Shown piece after piece: positions 54,506 through 62,977 of a stretch of DNA of 64,000 bases; positions within the stretch are counted from its first letter, which is position 1, and every line of letters starts with the position of its first letter. The translations under genes were made by a program, and so were the position numbers. This stretch comes from Patescibacteria group bacterium. GTDB taxonomy: Bacteria > Patescibacteriota > Patescibacteriia > Patescibacteriales > UBA12465. The notes under the pieces were generated by a model that worked only from the letters and a program-made list of their open reading frames with translations, was not told the DNA's origin and made no database searches. The DNA lies in contig JBMNOL010000003.1 of NCBI GenBank assembly GCA_050943055.1, positions 3,982-67,981 of the forward strand. Reading direction: 5' to 3'.

Positions 54506-55615
54506 ATGAAAAGCAGTTTTCGGAATTATTTTAAGAATTTTGATTGGATTTTATTTTTTGCCGTTTTCTTATTGGCCATTTTTGGTGTTTTAGAAATTTA
54601 TAGTGTGGCTCTCGGCGTCGGCGGCGAGGCAATTAACAATTTTTATAAACAATTGCTTTTTATCGGTCTTAGTTTGACAGCAATGTTCGCGATGACTTTT
54701 TTTGATCATCGCTTTTTAAGGAGTTTAAGAATTTATCTTTATTGGTTGGCGGTACTCCTTTTAATTCTCGTTTTAATTTTTGGTAAAACGGTTAACAATA
54801 CGACTGGTTGGTTTGAGATCTTTAATTTTAGGATCCAACCGGTGGAATTCGTTAAAATAATTTTACTCATTTATTTAGCTGGTTATTTTTCTAATTTAGC
54901 GACACGAGTCAAAAACTCTCGTCATTTTTTAACTTCTTTAGGAGCAACTTTAGTGCTCTTTGCCCTGGTGAGTTTACAGCCGGATTTTGGCTCCTCTTTA
55001 GTTTTGCTGGCGATTTGGTTTATTGTCGCTTTAATGGCTGGCTTTAATAAAAAATATTGGCTGCTTACTTTTTTAGTGGCTTTAATAGGCCTTATTCCGC
55101 TCTGGTTTAATTTAAGTCCCTATCAAAAGCAAAGGGTAACAACCGTTTTTAGCAGTGCTCAAGAAGTTTGTCGCGAAGAAGAGTGTTATAATAAACAACA
55201 GGCTTTAATTGCGATTGGTGCGGGTGGTCTTGCCGGGCGCGGTTTAGGTTTTGGTTCGCAATCGCAGCTAAAATTTTTGCCGGCGGCGCAAACAGACTTT
55301 ATTTTTTCGGTGGTTGCGGAAGAATTGGGGTTTTTTGGCATCTTGATTATTCTCGGTCTCTTTACCATTTTCTTTTATCGCGGTCTCGTAGCCGTTCGGA
55401 AAGTAAAAGATGATTTTGGGATTTATTTTATTCTTGGCTACTTGGGGCTTGTTTTTACTCACATGTTTGTTAATATCGGTATGAACCTAGGTCTTCTGCC
55501 GATTGTCGGTATTCCGCTGCCTTTTGTCAGTTACGGCGGCAGTGCCTTAATTGCGATGTTTCTTGGTTTAGGAATTGTTCAAAATATTATCATTAAATCT
55601 AAAATAAATTATTAA
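54506..55615 (+). CDS. SEDS-family peptidoglycan glycosyltransferase (FtsW/RodA)
   Basis: The track start at 54464 is GTG inside the upstream gene. ATG at 54506 (MKSSFRNYFKNFDW) is preferred. QPVEFVKI, QPDFGS, TDFIFSVVAEELGF and PLPFVSYGGS motifs. Confidence 0.85.
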   Translation: MKSSFRNYFKNFDWILFFAVFLLAIFGVLEIYSVALGVGGEAINNFYKQLLFIGLSLTAMFAMTFFDHRFLRSLRIYLYWLAVLLLILVLIFGKTVNNTTGWFEIFNFRIQPVEFVKIILLIYLAGYFSNLATRVKNSRHFLTSLGATLVLFALVSLQPDFGSSLVLLAIWFIVALMAGFNKKYWLLTFLVALIGLIPLWFNLSPYQKQRVTTVFSSAQEVCREEECYNKQQALIAIGAGGLAGRGLGFGSQSQLKFLPAAQTDFIFSVVAEELGFFGILIILGLFTIFFYRGLVAVRKVKDDFGIYFILGYLGLVFTHMFVNIGMNLGLLPIVGIPLPFVSYGGSALIAMFLGLGIVQNIIIKSKINY

Positions 55616-55631
55616 ATAATAGCTAAAAATT

Positions 55632-56258
55632 ATGGAAATGAAATTGAACGGGGCAATTCGTGACCCCAAAGAAAGATTAGACGATAGCCTGGTTCCGGCC
55701 ATTTTATATGGTAGAGAAGTGGACAATGTCAGTCTAAAAATAAAAAGAACGGATTTAGATCGGCTGGTAAAAGAGGCGGGCGAATCCAACTTAATTGATT
55801 TAAGTTATGGCGACGCCAATGTCAAAGTTTTAATTAAAGAAAGCCAACGTCATCCGGTCAGCAACCGTTTGCAACATGTTGATTTTTTCCAAGTAAACAT
55901 GAAAGAGAAAATTAATACGGAGATTCCTTTAGAGTTTATTGGTGAGTCAAGAGCAATTCGTGAGTTATCCGGCTCGCTGATTAGAAATGTAAATGCTTTA
56001 GAGATTGAATGTTTGCCTAAAGATTTAGTCGATCATATTGATGTTGATATCTCAGTCTTAGATAGTTTTGAAGATGAAATTAAAGTTTCCGATATTAAGA
56101 TTCCGGCCGCTTGGGACCTTTTAAGTGATCCGGATATTATTGTGGCTTCAGTTATTCCTCCTCGTGTTGAAGCCGATGAAGAGATTACTGAAGAGACTAA
56201 AGCTGGGGACGGTGAAGAGAAAAAAGAAGAAAATAATAATGAAAAAGATAAGGCCTAA
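55632..56258 (+). CDS. rplY: 50S ribosomal protein L25 (Ctc form)
   Basis: 208 aa. N-terminal L25 fold (VPAILYGRE, LQHVDFFQV) plus the Ctc C-domain and an acidic/Lys tail. Confidence 0.85.
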   Translation: MEMKLNGAIRDPKERLDDSLVPAILYGREVDNVSLKIKRTDLDRLVKEAGESNLIDLSYGDANVKVLIKESQRHPVSNRLQHVDFFQVNMKEKINTEIPLEFIGESRAIRELSGSLIRNVNALEIECLPKDLVDHIDVDISVLDSFEDEIKVSDIKIPAAWDLLSDPDIIVASVIPPRVEADEEITEETKAGDGEEKKEENNNEKDKA

Positions 56259-57372
56259 AAAAATAAAAACTGACCAAACGGTCGCCCCGGTGGCGACCGT
56301 TAGTCTAGATCGGGTCATGATTATTGCGGGCCTGGTTTTAGTTTTTTCTTTAACGGCTTTGAGCTTATATTTATGGCAACCAACCTGGTTGTTTCCGGCC
56401 GCGGAAGTGACGCCTCCACTAGCAGCGGAAACTGTCACTGAGCCCAGCTTAGAAAAGGTTTGTTGGGATTGTGTTTCAGATCCTCTAAGCGGTATGGTCC
56501 TTCCTGAGGCAGAAACCGAGGGGCGGCCGTGGGCGGTAATGATTGATAATTATGTGGGCGCGCGGCCAACTGTGGGTGTTGGCGCGGCCACCTTAGTTTA
56601 TGAAGCGCCGGTAGAGGGTGGGGTAACTAGATTAATGGCGGTTATAAGAGCTCAAGACTTACCGGCGGCGATTGGCCCGGTGCGCTCGGCGCGGCCGTAT
56701 TTTTTAAAGTGGGCACAAGAACTGGGTGCGACCTATGTTCATGTCGGCGGGAGTCCTGACGCCCTGGCTTTAGCTAAAAAATTAGGTTCTCAAGACCTAA
56801 ATGAGTTTTACCAAGGCGCCTATTTTTGGCGGGCTAACGATCGTCCGGCCCCGCATAATGTTTTAACTTCTCAAGAAAAATTAGAATCTTATCGGCAGAG
56901 CTTAAGTCAAGAAAAGGATGACTTTTTTTTAGCGCAAGAAAGTTATTTTGAACCTTATCAATTTAAGGAGAGTCTAGTTAATCAGTTGAGATTAGCCTCG
57001 GAGATTAGAGTTAAATATAGTGAGGGGTATAATGTTTCGTGGCGTTATTTGCCGGCGACTAATAGTTATCAGCGTTATTTAGAAACCGGTCCTCACCAAG
57101 AGGCGGATGGTGGCTTAATAATCGTGGATAATCTAATTTTTCCTTTACGCACTTTTAAGGTTGTTGATGACGATTTGCGTTTAGAGTTGATTCCGCAAAA
57201 CAGTGGCACCGCTTTGCTTTGTCAGGACGGTGCTTGCGAGTGGGGATCTTGGAAGCAAACGGATTCGTCTCGCCGCTGGCGTTTTTACAAAAAAGACGGC
57301 ACGGAGTTCGTCTTTAATATCGGAAAAACTTGGATTTCGCTTATTTCTCGTTTGGATGATGTGCAGTATTAG
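56239..57372 (+). CDS. DUF3048 domain protein (YerB-like), membrane anchored
   Basis: The track start at 56125 is GTG inside rplY. ATG at 56239 (MKKIRPKKIK) is preferred. TM IIAGLVLVFSLTALSLYLW. RPWAVMIDNYVGARP...LVYEAPVEGGVTRLMAV matches DUF3048 from memory. Confidence 0.7.
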   Translation: MKKIRPKKIKTDQTVAPVATVSLDRVMIIAGLVLVFSLTALSLYLWQPTWLFPAAEVTPPLAAETVTEPSLEKVCWDCVSDPLSGMVLPEAETEGRPWAVMIDNYVGARPTVGVGAATLVYEAPVEGGVTRLMAVIRAQDLPAAIGPVRSARPYFLKWAQELGATYVHVGGSPDALALAKKLGSQDLNEFYQGAYFWRANDRPAPHNVLTSQEKLESYRQSLSQEKDDFFLAQESYFEPYQFKESLVNQLRLASEIRVKYSEGYNVSWRYLPATNSYQRYLETGPHQEADGGLIIVDNLIFPLRTFKVVDDDLRLELIPQNSGTALLCQDGACEWGSWKQTDSSRRWRFYKKDGTEFVFNIGKTWISLISRLDDVQY

Positions 57373-58219
57373 CCAGTCTAAAGAAGCGATTTTGTCCCGA
57401 ATAATCTTGATAAAAACTTAAAGATAAACTTTTAAAACTGGCATGAGCCAGTTTTTTGATGGCTGCCGTTTGGGCCGGATCGATTTCGGCAAAGAGAATA
57501 AAAGGGTGATGGTTCTTAGCTAATTGCTCCAAGAGGCGCCGATAATGACCCAGCCCATCAGGGCCGGAAACTAAAGCGGTTAAAGGTTCGCGCTTAATAG
57601 AAGGCTCAGCTAATTGTTCTGGGGTTAAGTAGGGAAGATTAGCAACAATAATTAAACGCTCCGAATTATTTAAAACTTCTTGATGTGGAGCAAGCAAGTC
57701 GCCGTGGTGCCAATTAATTTTAACTCCCCGGCGCCGACCGTTGGCTCGCGCTACTTTTAAGGCGGCGCGAGAAAGGTCGGAAGCGTGATAGTTGGCGGTT
57801 GTTTTTAACTTGTCTGCTAAAGTAAGAATAATCGCGCCGCTACCGGTGCCCAGATCAATTAGGTCCGGTTTTGGTCCTGGTTTTTTCGCTTCAGCTAAAA
57901 CTAAATCAACCAATAATTCGGTTTCCGGACGGGGAATTAAGACTTGGGAATTAACGATAAATTCGTGGCCATAAAATTCCTTTTTCTTAGTGAGCGCCGC
58001 TAGTGACCAACCGGCTAAGCGTTTTTTTAAAAAATAATTAGCCCGCCAAATATCTTTAAGTTTTAGTCTTTGGTCGAGATCAGTTAAGATTGCCACCGCT
58101 GATTTTTTTTGGGCAGCTGCCAGCGTCGCTAAAGCTTCTTTTTCGGGATCAGTAAAACCGGCGCTTTTAAAGCGCCGGGAAAAGAAGCCTAAATATTGTT
58201 TAACGGTTTTTAAGAACAT
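57341..58219 (-). CDS. prmC: Release factor glutamine N5-methyltransferase PrmC/HemK
   Basis: 292 aa. VLIPRPETELLV and DLGTGSGAI motifs. Motif IV reads ANLPY rather than NPPY. Overlaps the prfA stop by 20 nt. Confidence 0.85.
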   Translation of the reverse strand: MFLKTVKQYLGFFSRRFKSAGFTDPEKEALATLAAAQKKSAVAILTDLDQRLKLKDIWRANYFLKKRLAGWSLAALTKKKEFYGHEFIVNSQVLIPRPETELLVDLVLAEAKKPGPKPDLIDLGTGSGAIILTLADKLKTTANYHASDLSRAALKVARANGRRRGVKINWHHGDLLAPHQEVLNNSERLIIVANLPYLTPEQLAEPSIKREPLTALVSGPDGLGHYRRLLEQLAKNHHPFILFAEIDPAQTAAIKKLAHASFKSLSLSFYQDYSGQNRFFRLANTAHHPNEK

Positions 58220-59273
58220 TGTTTTGGCGTTCAGCTTTAGTCGCTTTTTTTAAGGCGTCAATAATCGGTTCTAATTCTCCCGCCATAATCAAGTTTAGAC
58301 TGTGCCAAGATTCGCCGATACGATGATCAGTGACTCGGTCTTGAGGAAAATTATAGGTGCGAATTTTATCACTGCGGTCACCACTGCCAACTTGGTCTTT
58401 GCGCGCACTAGACTCTTTGGCTTGGCGTTCTTCTTCTTCTTTGGCTAATAGGCGAGAGCGCAGAATTTGCAAAGCCTTTTCTTTGTTTTGGTGTTGTGAT
58501 TTCTGGTCTTGGCAGCTAACAGTAATCCCGGTGGGAAGGTGGACAATCCTAACGGCCGAATAAGTGGTGTTAACACTCTGGCCGCCCGGACCACTGGAGC
58601 AGAAAGTATCAATTCTTAAATCACTCATTTTAAGCTCAATATCTACCTCTTCAGCTTCCGGCAGAACGACGACCGTCGCTGTTGAAGTATGGACGCGGCC
58701 CTGCTTTTCGGTTTCCGGGACTCTTTGAACGCGGTGAGTGCCAGCTTCATACTTTAAGAGCCCATAAGCACCTCGGCCAACGACTGAGAAAATAACTTCT
58801 TTATAGCCACCCATGCCAATTAAATGAGAATCCAAAAGTTCAATCTTTAAATTATTATTTTCCGCAAATTTACTATAGGCGTGGAAGAGGTCACCGGCAA
58901 ACAAAGCGGCCTCGTCGCCGCCGGCTCCGGCTCTAATTTCCACAATCGCATTTTTAACATCATGAGGGTCAGCGGGGAAGAGTTCTGCATCAATTTCTTC
59001 TTTTAGTTGGTTTAAGTTTTTCTCAAGTTCCGGTAACTCGTTCTGCGCCAGTTCTTTAAGTTCGGGATCAGCAGCGTCCGCTTGGTTGATGATTTCTTGA
59101 TAATCAGTAACGGCGGCGCCAATTTTTTCCGCTTGGTTGATTTTTTCGATAATACCTTTAAGGGCGGAGTGCTCTTGAGAAGTCTTGATGTATTCTTTTT
59201 GGTCAGCTAAAAGCGCCGGGTCGCTGAGCCGGGTCTCAATATTTTTAAATTGTTCTTTGATTTCTTCGTACAT
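58200..59273 (-). CDS. prfA: Peptide chain release factor 1
   Basis: The track ORF extends to 59336. The internal ATG at 59273 (MYEEIKEQFKNIE) fits the RF1 N-terminus. RVQRVPETEKQGRVHTS (a PxT-type tripeptide) and SGPGGQSVNTT (GGQ). Confidence 0.9.
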   Translation of the reverse strand: MYEEIKEQFKNIETRLSDPALLADQKEYIKTSQEHSALKGIIEKINQAEKIGAAVTDYQEIINQADAADPELKELAQNELPELEKNLNQLKEEIDAELFPADPHDVKNAIVEIRAGAGGDEAALFAGDLFHAYSKFAENNNLKIELLDSHLIGMGGYKEVIFSVVGRGAYGLLKYEAGTHRVQRVPETEKQGRVHTSTATVVVLPEAEEVDIELKMSDLRIDTFCSSGPGGQSVNTTYSAVRIVHLPTGITVSCQDQKSQHQNKEKALQILRSRLLAKEEEERQAKESSARKDQVGSGDRSDKIRTYNFPQDRVTDHRIGESWHSLNLIMAGELEPIIDALKKATKAERQNNVLKNR

Positions 59274-59372
59274 ATTTTTTAGGAAAAAGATTAAAAAAAT
59301 GACCGCTATTTTAGAGGAAGAAGCGACAAAAGTCACCGCTCTCTAAGCGATCATTTTAAAAGTCTAAAATAG

Positions 59373-59711
59373 CTATTTCTTTTTTCCTAAATTGACTTGC
59401 GCAATTTTTTTAATATCTTTAGTTTTGATGACAATTTCTTTCTTGGCCCGTTCTTTAGCGCGTTCCTCGTTCTTTACTTTCTTGCCCCGACGAACAGCGG
59501 CCACTTTTTTACTAGCTTCTTTTTTGGCCGAGAATTTCTCTACCCGGCGGGCAGTGTCAACTAATTTTTGCTTACCAGTGTAGAAGGGGTGGCAAGCGGA
59601 GCAGAGCTCAACTTTAATTTCCGGTACGGTGGCGCCGGTAACAAAAGAATTGCCGCAGACACAAGTGACTTGGCAATCAGGATAATATTGTGGATGAATT
59701 CCATTTTTCAT
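59373..59711 (-). CDS. rpmE: 50S ribosomal protein L31 (Cys-containing form) with Lys-rich C-terminal extension
   Basis: 112 aa. [15 protein letters not shown] and [13 protein letters not shown]. About 40 extra Lys/Glu-rich residues after the L31 core. Confidence 0.9.
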   Translation of the reverse strand: MKNGIHPQYYPDCQVTCVCGNSFVTGATVPEIKVELCSACHPFYTGKQKLVDTARRVEKFSAKKEASKKVAAVRRGKKVKNEERAKERAKKEIVIKTKDIKKIAQVNLGKKK

Positions 59712-59743
59712 ACAAAAAAAGTATTAAGCAATAAATAATTGCT

Positions 59744-59765
59744 GAAGTTATGCTATCATAACTTC
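59744..59765. repeat. Perfect 9-bp inverted repeat in the divergent rpmE/flippase promoter region
   Basis: GAAGTTATG-CTAT-CATAACTTC. Overlaps the proposed -35 of the flippase promoter. Confidence 0.6.
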
Positions 59766-59791
59766 AAAAAAGGCGCAAGAGTTGCTATAAT
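59763..59791 (+). promoter_or_regulatory. Candidate promoter producing a leaderless or near-leaderless flippase mRNA
   Basis: TTCAAA (59763-59768), 17-nt spacer, TATAAT (59786-59791). Only 7 nt separate the -10 from the ATG at 59799. Confidence 0.4.
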
Positions 59792-59798
59792 CTCTCTG

Positions 59799-61229
59799 AT
59801 GACTAAAATACCAAACATTGCCCGAAGCACCTCATATCTAACTTTAGCCTTGATTATCCAAAAGATAATCTCTTTTTCGTATTTTATTGTCTTAACGCGC
59901 GCCTTAGGTTTGGAAGCGATGGGCCAATACTACACGGCCATTTCCTTTACGACAATTTTTGGTATCTTTATTGATTTAGGCCTAGCTAACACTTTAACCA
60001 GAGAAGTAGCGAAAAAACCGGAGGAGGTGGGGAAGTGGTTGGGTAATGTAATTGGGATAAAAATTTTTTTGGCCGGGATTACTTTTATCGCCGCCCTTTT
60101 AACAGCTCAAGTTTTAGGATATGAATCTTTAGTTTTCCGTTTAATTTTAGTTTCATCTTTAAGTATGGTGCTTGATTCTTTTAGCACGACCTTTTTTGCC
60201 GTTTTGCGCGGCTTACATACTTTAAAATATGAAAGCTTAGCGTCAATTATTTTTCAAGCTTTAGTTTTTATTGCTGGCGGAATTTCCTTATCTTTTAATC
60301 AAGGCGTTTTAGTGGTGATGGCCGCTCTGGTTTTAGCCAGTAGCTTTAATTTCATTTTTAGTTTTCGCGCCATTAAACGAAAGATAAAAACTCCTTGGCG
60401 GCCTTTGTTTGATAAAGCGGCCTGGCGGGAAATTTGGCTTATTAGTTGGTCCTTCGGTCTTTTTGCGATCGCGCAAAGACTTTATCTTTATCTGGATTCC
60501 GTGCTTTTAAGCAACCTGGCGGATTTTCATCAGGTAGGCGTTTATCAGATTGCTTTTAAAATTATTAACGCTTTGCAATTTTTGCCGCTGGCTTTTGTCG
60601 CTTCACTTTATCCGGCGATGAGTACTTATTGGCTAAATAATCGCGAGCAACTAGCCATTTCTTTAGAGCGGGCTCTAAATTATTTAACCATAATTTCACT
60701 CCCCATTATGGCCGGAGTTTTAGCTCTTGATCAGACGATTCTCAATATTTTTAAGGCTGGTCCGGAAGCACTGTGGCCGCTACGAATTTCTATTCTGGCG
60801 CTTTTCTTTATTTTTGTGAATTACCCGATTGGATCATTACTTAATGCTTGCGATCGGCAAAAGAAAAACTTATTATTTATTTCCCTTGTCGCCGCGACCA
60901 GCGTATTACTTAATCTTTTCTTGATTCCGCGCGCCGGCGCTTTGGGTGCCAGCATTACTGTTTTAATAACCAACGCGCTGATGTTTATTTTAGGAGTTTT
61001 AGAAGTCAATAAAATTATTAAATATAGTTTTAAGAAAAATTTAATTATTTTAGGGAAGTCGCTTTTAGCCGCAGCGGTGATGGCCTTCATCGTTTATGGT
61101 GGTAAAGATTGGCTCTCTCTTCCGGGGGCGATTATTTTAGGGGCGGTAGTTTATTTTTTCGCTCTTTATCTGGTTGGTGGTTTCTCACGCGCCGATATTT
61201 TAAGTGTTAAACAATCTTTCAAGCACTAG
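59799..61229 (+). CDS. Polysaccharide flippase (Wzx/MOP superfamily)
   Basis: The track start at 59739 is TTG. ATG at 59799 (MTKIPNIARSTSYLTLALIIQKIISF) fits the family N-terminus. About 12-14 TM helices. Confidence 0.7.
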   Translation: MTKIPNIARSTSYLTLALIIQKIISFSYFIVLTRALGLEAMGQYYTAISFTTIFGIFIDLGLANTLTREVAKKPEEVGKWLGNVIGIKIFLAGITFIAALLTAQVLGYESLVFRLILVSSLSMVLDSFSTTFFAVLRGLHTLKYESLASIIFQALVFIAGGISLSFNQGVLVVMAALVLASSFNFIFSFRAIKRKIKTPWRPLFDKAAWREIWLISWSFGLFAIAQRLYLYLDSVLLSNLADFHQVGVYQIAFKIINALQFLPLAFVASLYPAMSTYWLNNREQLAISLERALNYLTIISLPIMAGVLALDQTILNIFKAGPEALWPLRISILALFFIFVNYPIGSLLNACDRQKKNLLFISLVAATSVLLNLFLIPRAGALGASITVLITNALMFILGVLEVNKIIKYSFKKNLIILGKSLLAAAVMAFIVYGGKDWLSLPGAIILGAVVYFFALYLVGGFSRADILSVKQSFKH

Positions 61230-61232
61230 TTT

Positions 61233-62279
61233 ATGAAAACTTTATTGATTACTTGCGAATATCCCCCGTTTAAAGGCGGTGTCGCCAACTACTACGGGCA
61301 ACTGGTCGCTCATTGGCCCGAAGTGGAGCCCCCAGAGGTTTGGGAGATAAAGAACTCTTGGTGGCGCTTGGTGCCGCGCTTGTTTAGGTATTGGCGTGAG
61401 CATCCAGAAGCGTTGGTGATTGTTGGCCATATTTTACCTTTAGGCACCGCCGCTTGGTTAGCGTCAAGGTTTGTAAAAGGGGAGTATGTTGTAGTTTTAC
61501 ACGGCATGGATTTTACTTTTGCGCATAAAAAGAAACGAAAAGCTTTTTTAAGTAAACAGATTTTAGTCGGAGCCAAAAAAATTATTAGCGCCAATTCTTA
61601 TGTGGCCGCGCTCGTGTCTGAGCGCTATCCTAGTTTAAGCTCTAAGGTGGTGGTTGTTAATCCCGGTATTAGTCAAACCAGCCATCTTGATTCTGGTAAT
61701 CAGGCGCCTTTTTTAAGAGAAAAATATCAGCTGGGTAATAAAGTAATTTTACTGACTCTGGGGCGTCTAGTGGCTCGCAAAGGTGTAGATTATACCATTA
61801 AGGCTTTAGCTGAACTGACGCCAGCGGAGCGCGAAGGCTTGGCTTATGTGGTCGTTGGTTCGGGCCCGGAAGAAGGTAATTGGCGTCTTTTAGCTGAGAA
61901 AACCGGGGTATCAGTTATTTTTACGGGTACCGCCAGTGAAAATGAAAAATGGTCGTGGTTGAATTTATGTGATATTTTAATAATGCCATCACGGGAGATT
62001 AATGGCGACTTGGAAGGGTTTGGCATTGTTTATCTGGAAGCTAACTTAAATGGTAAGCCGGTGATTGCCGGCCGCTCCGGTGGCGTCAGTGATGCGGTCG
62101 CTCACGGTGTGAGCGGTTTATTGGTAGACCCTGAAGATCCGGCTGCTATTGCCTTAGCGATTAAAACTTTAAGCTCTGACCCAGTCTTAAGAGAAAAGTT
62201 GGGGCGTCAGGGGCGAGCGCGGGCTTTGGCAAATTTTTCTTGGGAAAAAAAGGCCCAAGAATTTTATCAATACTTATGA
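61233..62279 (+). CDS. Family 4 glycosyltransferase
   Basis: 348 aa. The EGFGIVYLEANLNGKPVIA motif of GT-B enzymes. Confidence 0.8.
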   Translation: MKTLLITCEYPPFKGGVANYYGQLVAHWPEVEPPEVWEIKNSWWRLVPRLFRYWREHPEALVIVGHILPLGTAAWLASRFVKGEYVVVLHGMDFTFAHKKKRKAFLSKQILVGAKKIISANSYVAALVSERYPSLSSKVVVVNPGISQTSHLDSGNQAPFLREKYQLGNKVILLTLGRLVARKGVDYTIKALAELTPAEREGLAYVVVGSGPEEGNWRLLAEKTGVSVIFTGTASENEKWSWLNLCDILIMPSREINGDLEGFGIVYLEANLNGKPVIAGRSGGVSDAVAHGVSGLLVDPEDPAAIALAIKTLSSDPVLREKLGRQGRARALANFSWEKKAQEFYQYL

Positions 62280-62977
62280 TTTCTATTATTATTCCGGTTT
62301 ATAACCAAGCTAAAAAAATTAAGGCGACTTTAGAAAGTATCGCCAGCCAAACTCTAACTGATTGGGAAGTGATTGTGGTTAACGATGGCTCAACCGATAA
62401 TTTAGAGGCGGAATTTACCGCTTTTCTGGATAAGTTTTCTGGCCCCAATTCTTTTACCTTTTTAAATCAAGAAAATAAAGGGGCCCCGGCAGCTCGTAAT
62501 ACTGGCTTTAGTAAAGCTCGCGGTGAATATCTCTTGTTTTGTGATAGTGATGCGATTTTAGATCCTCGGGCCTTAGAGCTTTGGCAAGCGGCTTTACTTT
62601 TTGATGCTCAAGCTGCCTTTGCTTATTCACCTTTTAAATGGGGACGGCGTTTATTTAAGGTTGGCCCCTATGATTATGGGCGGTTGCGGCGCGAACCTTA
62701 TATTCATACCATCTCGCTTATCCGCCGCTCCGCTTTTCCGGCTAGTGGTTGGGATGAAAATTTAAAACGTTTTCAAGATTGGGACTTATGGCTCACTATC
62801 GCCGCTGCCGGCGGTTATGGAGTTTTTGTTGATCAAGTTCTTTTTACCGTTAGTCCCGGCGGTCATATCAGCTCTTGGCTCCCCGCCTTTTCTTATCACT
62901 TCTTAAAATTTTTACCGGCGGTAAAAAGATATCACGCCGCTAAAGAAATTATTTATAATAAACACCAAATCGCATGA
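62276..62977 (+). CDS. Family 2 glycosyltransferase
   Basis: ATG at 62276 (MISIIIPVYNQ) forms an ATGA overlap with the preceding stop. VNDGSTD and CDSDA (DxD) motifs. Confidence 0.8.
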   Translation: MISIIIPVYNQAKKIKATLESIASQTLTDWEVIVVNDGSTDNLEAEFTAFLDKFSGPNSFTFLNQENKGAPAARNTGFSKARGEYLLFCDSDAILDPRALELWQAALLFDAQAAFAYSPFKWGRRLFKVGPYDYGRLRREPYIHTISLIRRSAFPASGWDENLKRFQDWDLWLTIAAAGGYGVFVDQVLFTVSPGGHISSWLPAFSYHFLKFLPAVKRYHAAKEIIYNKHQIA

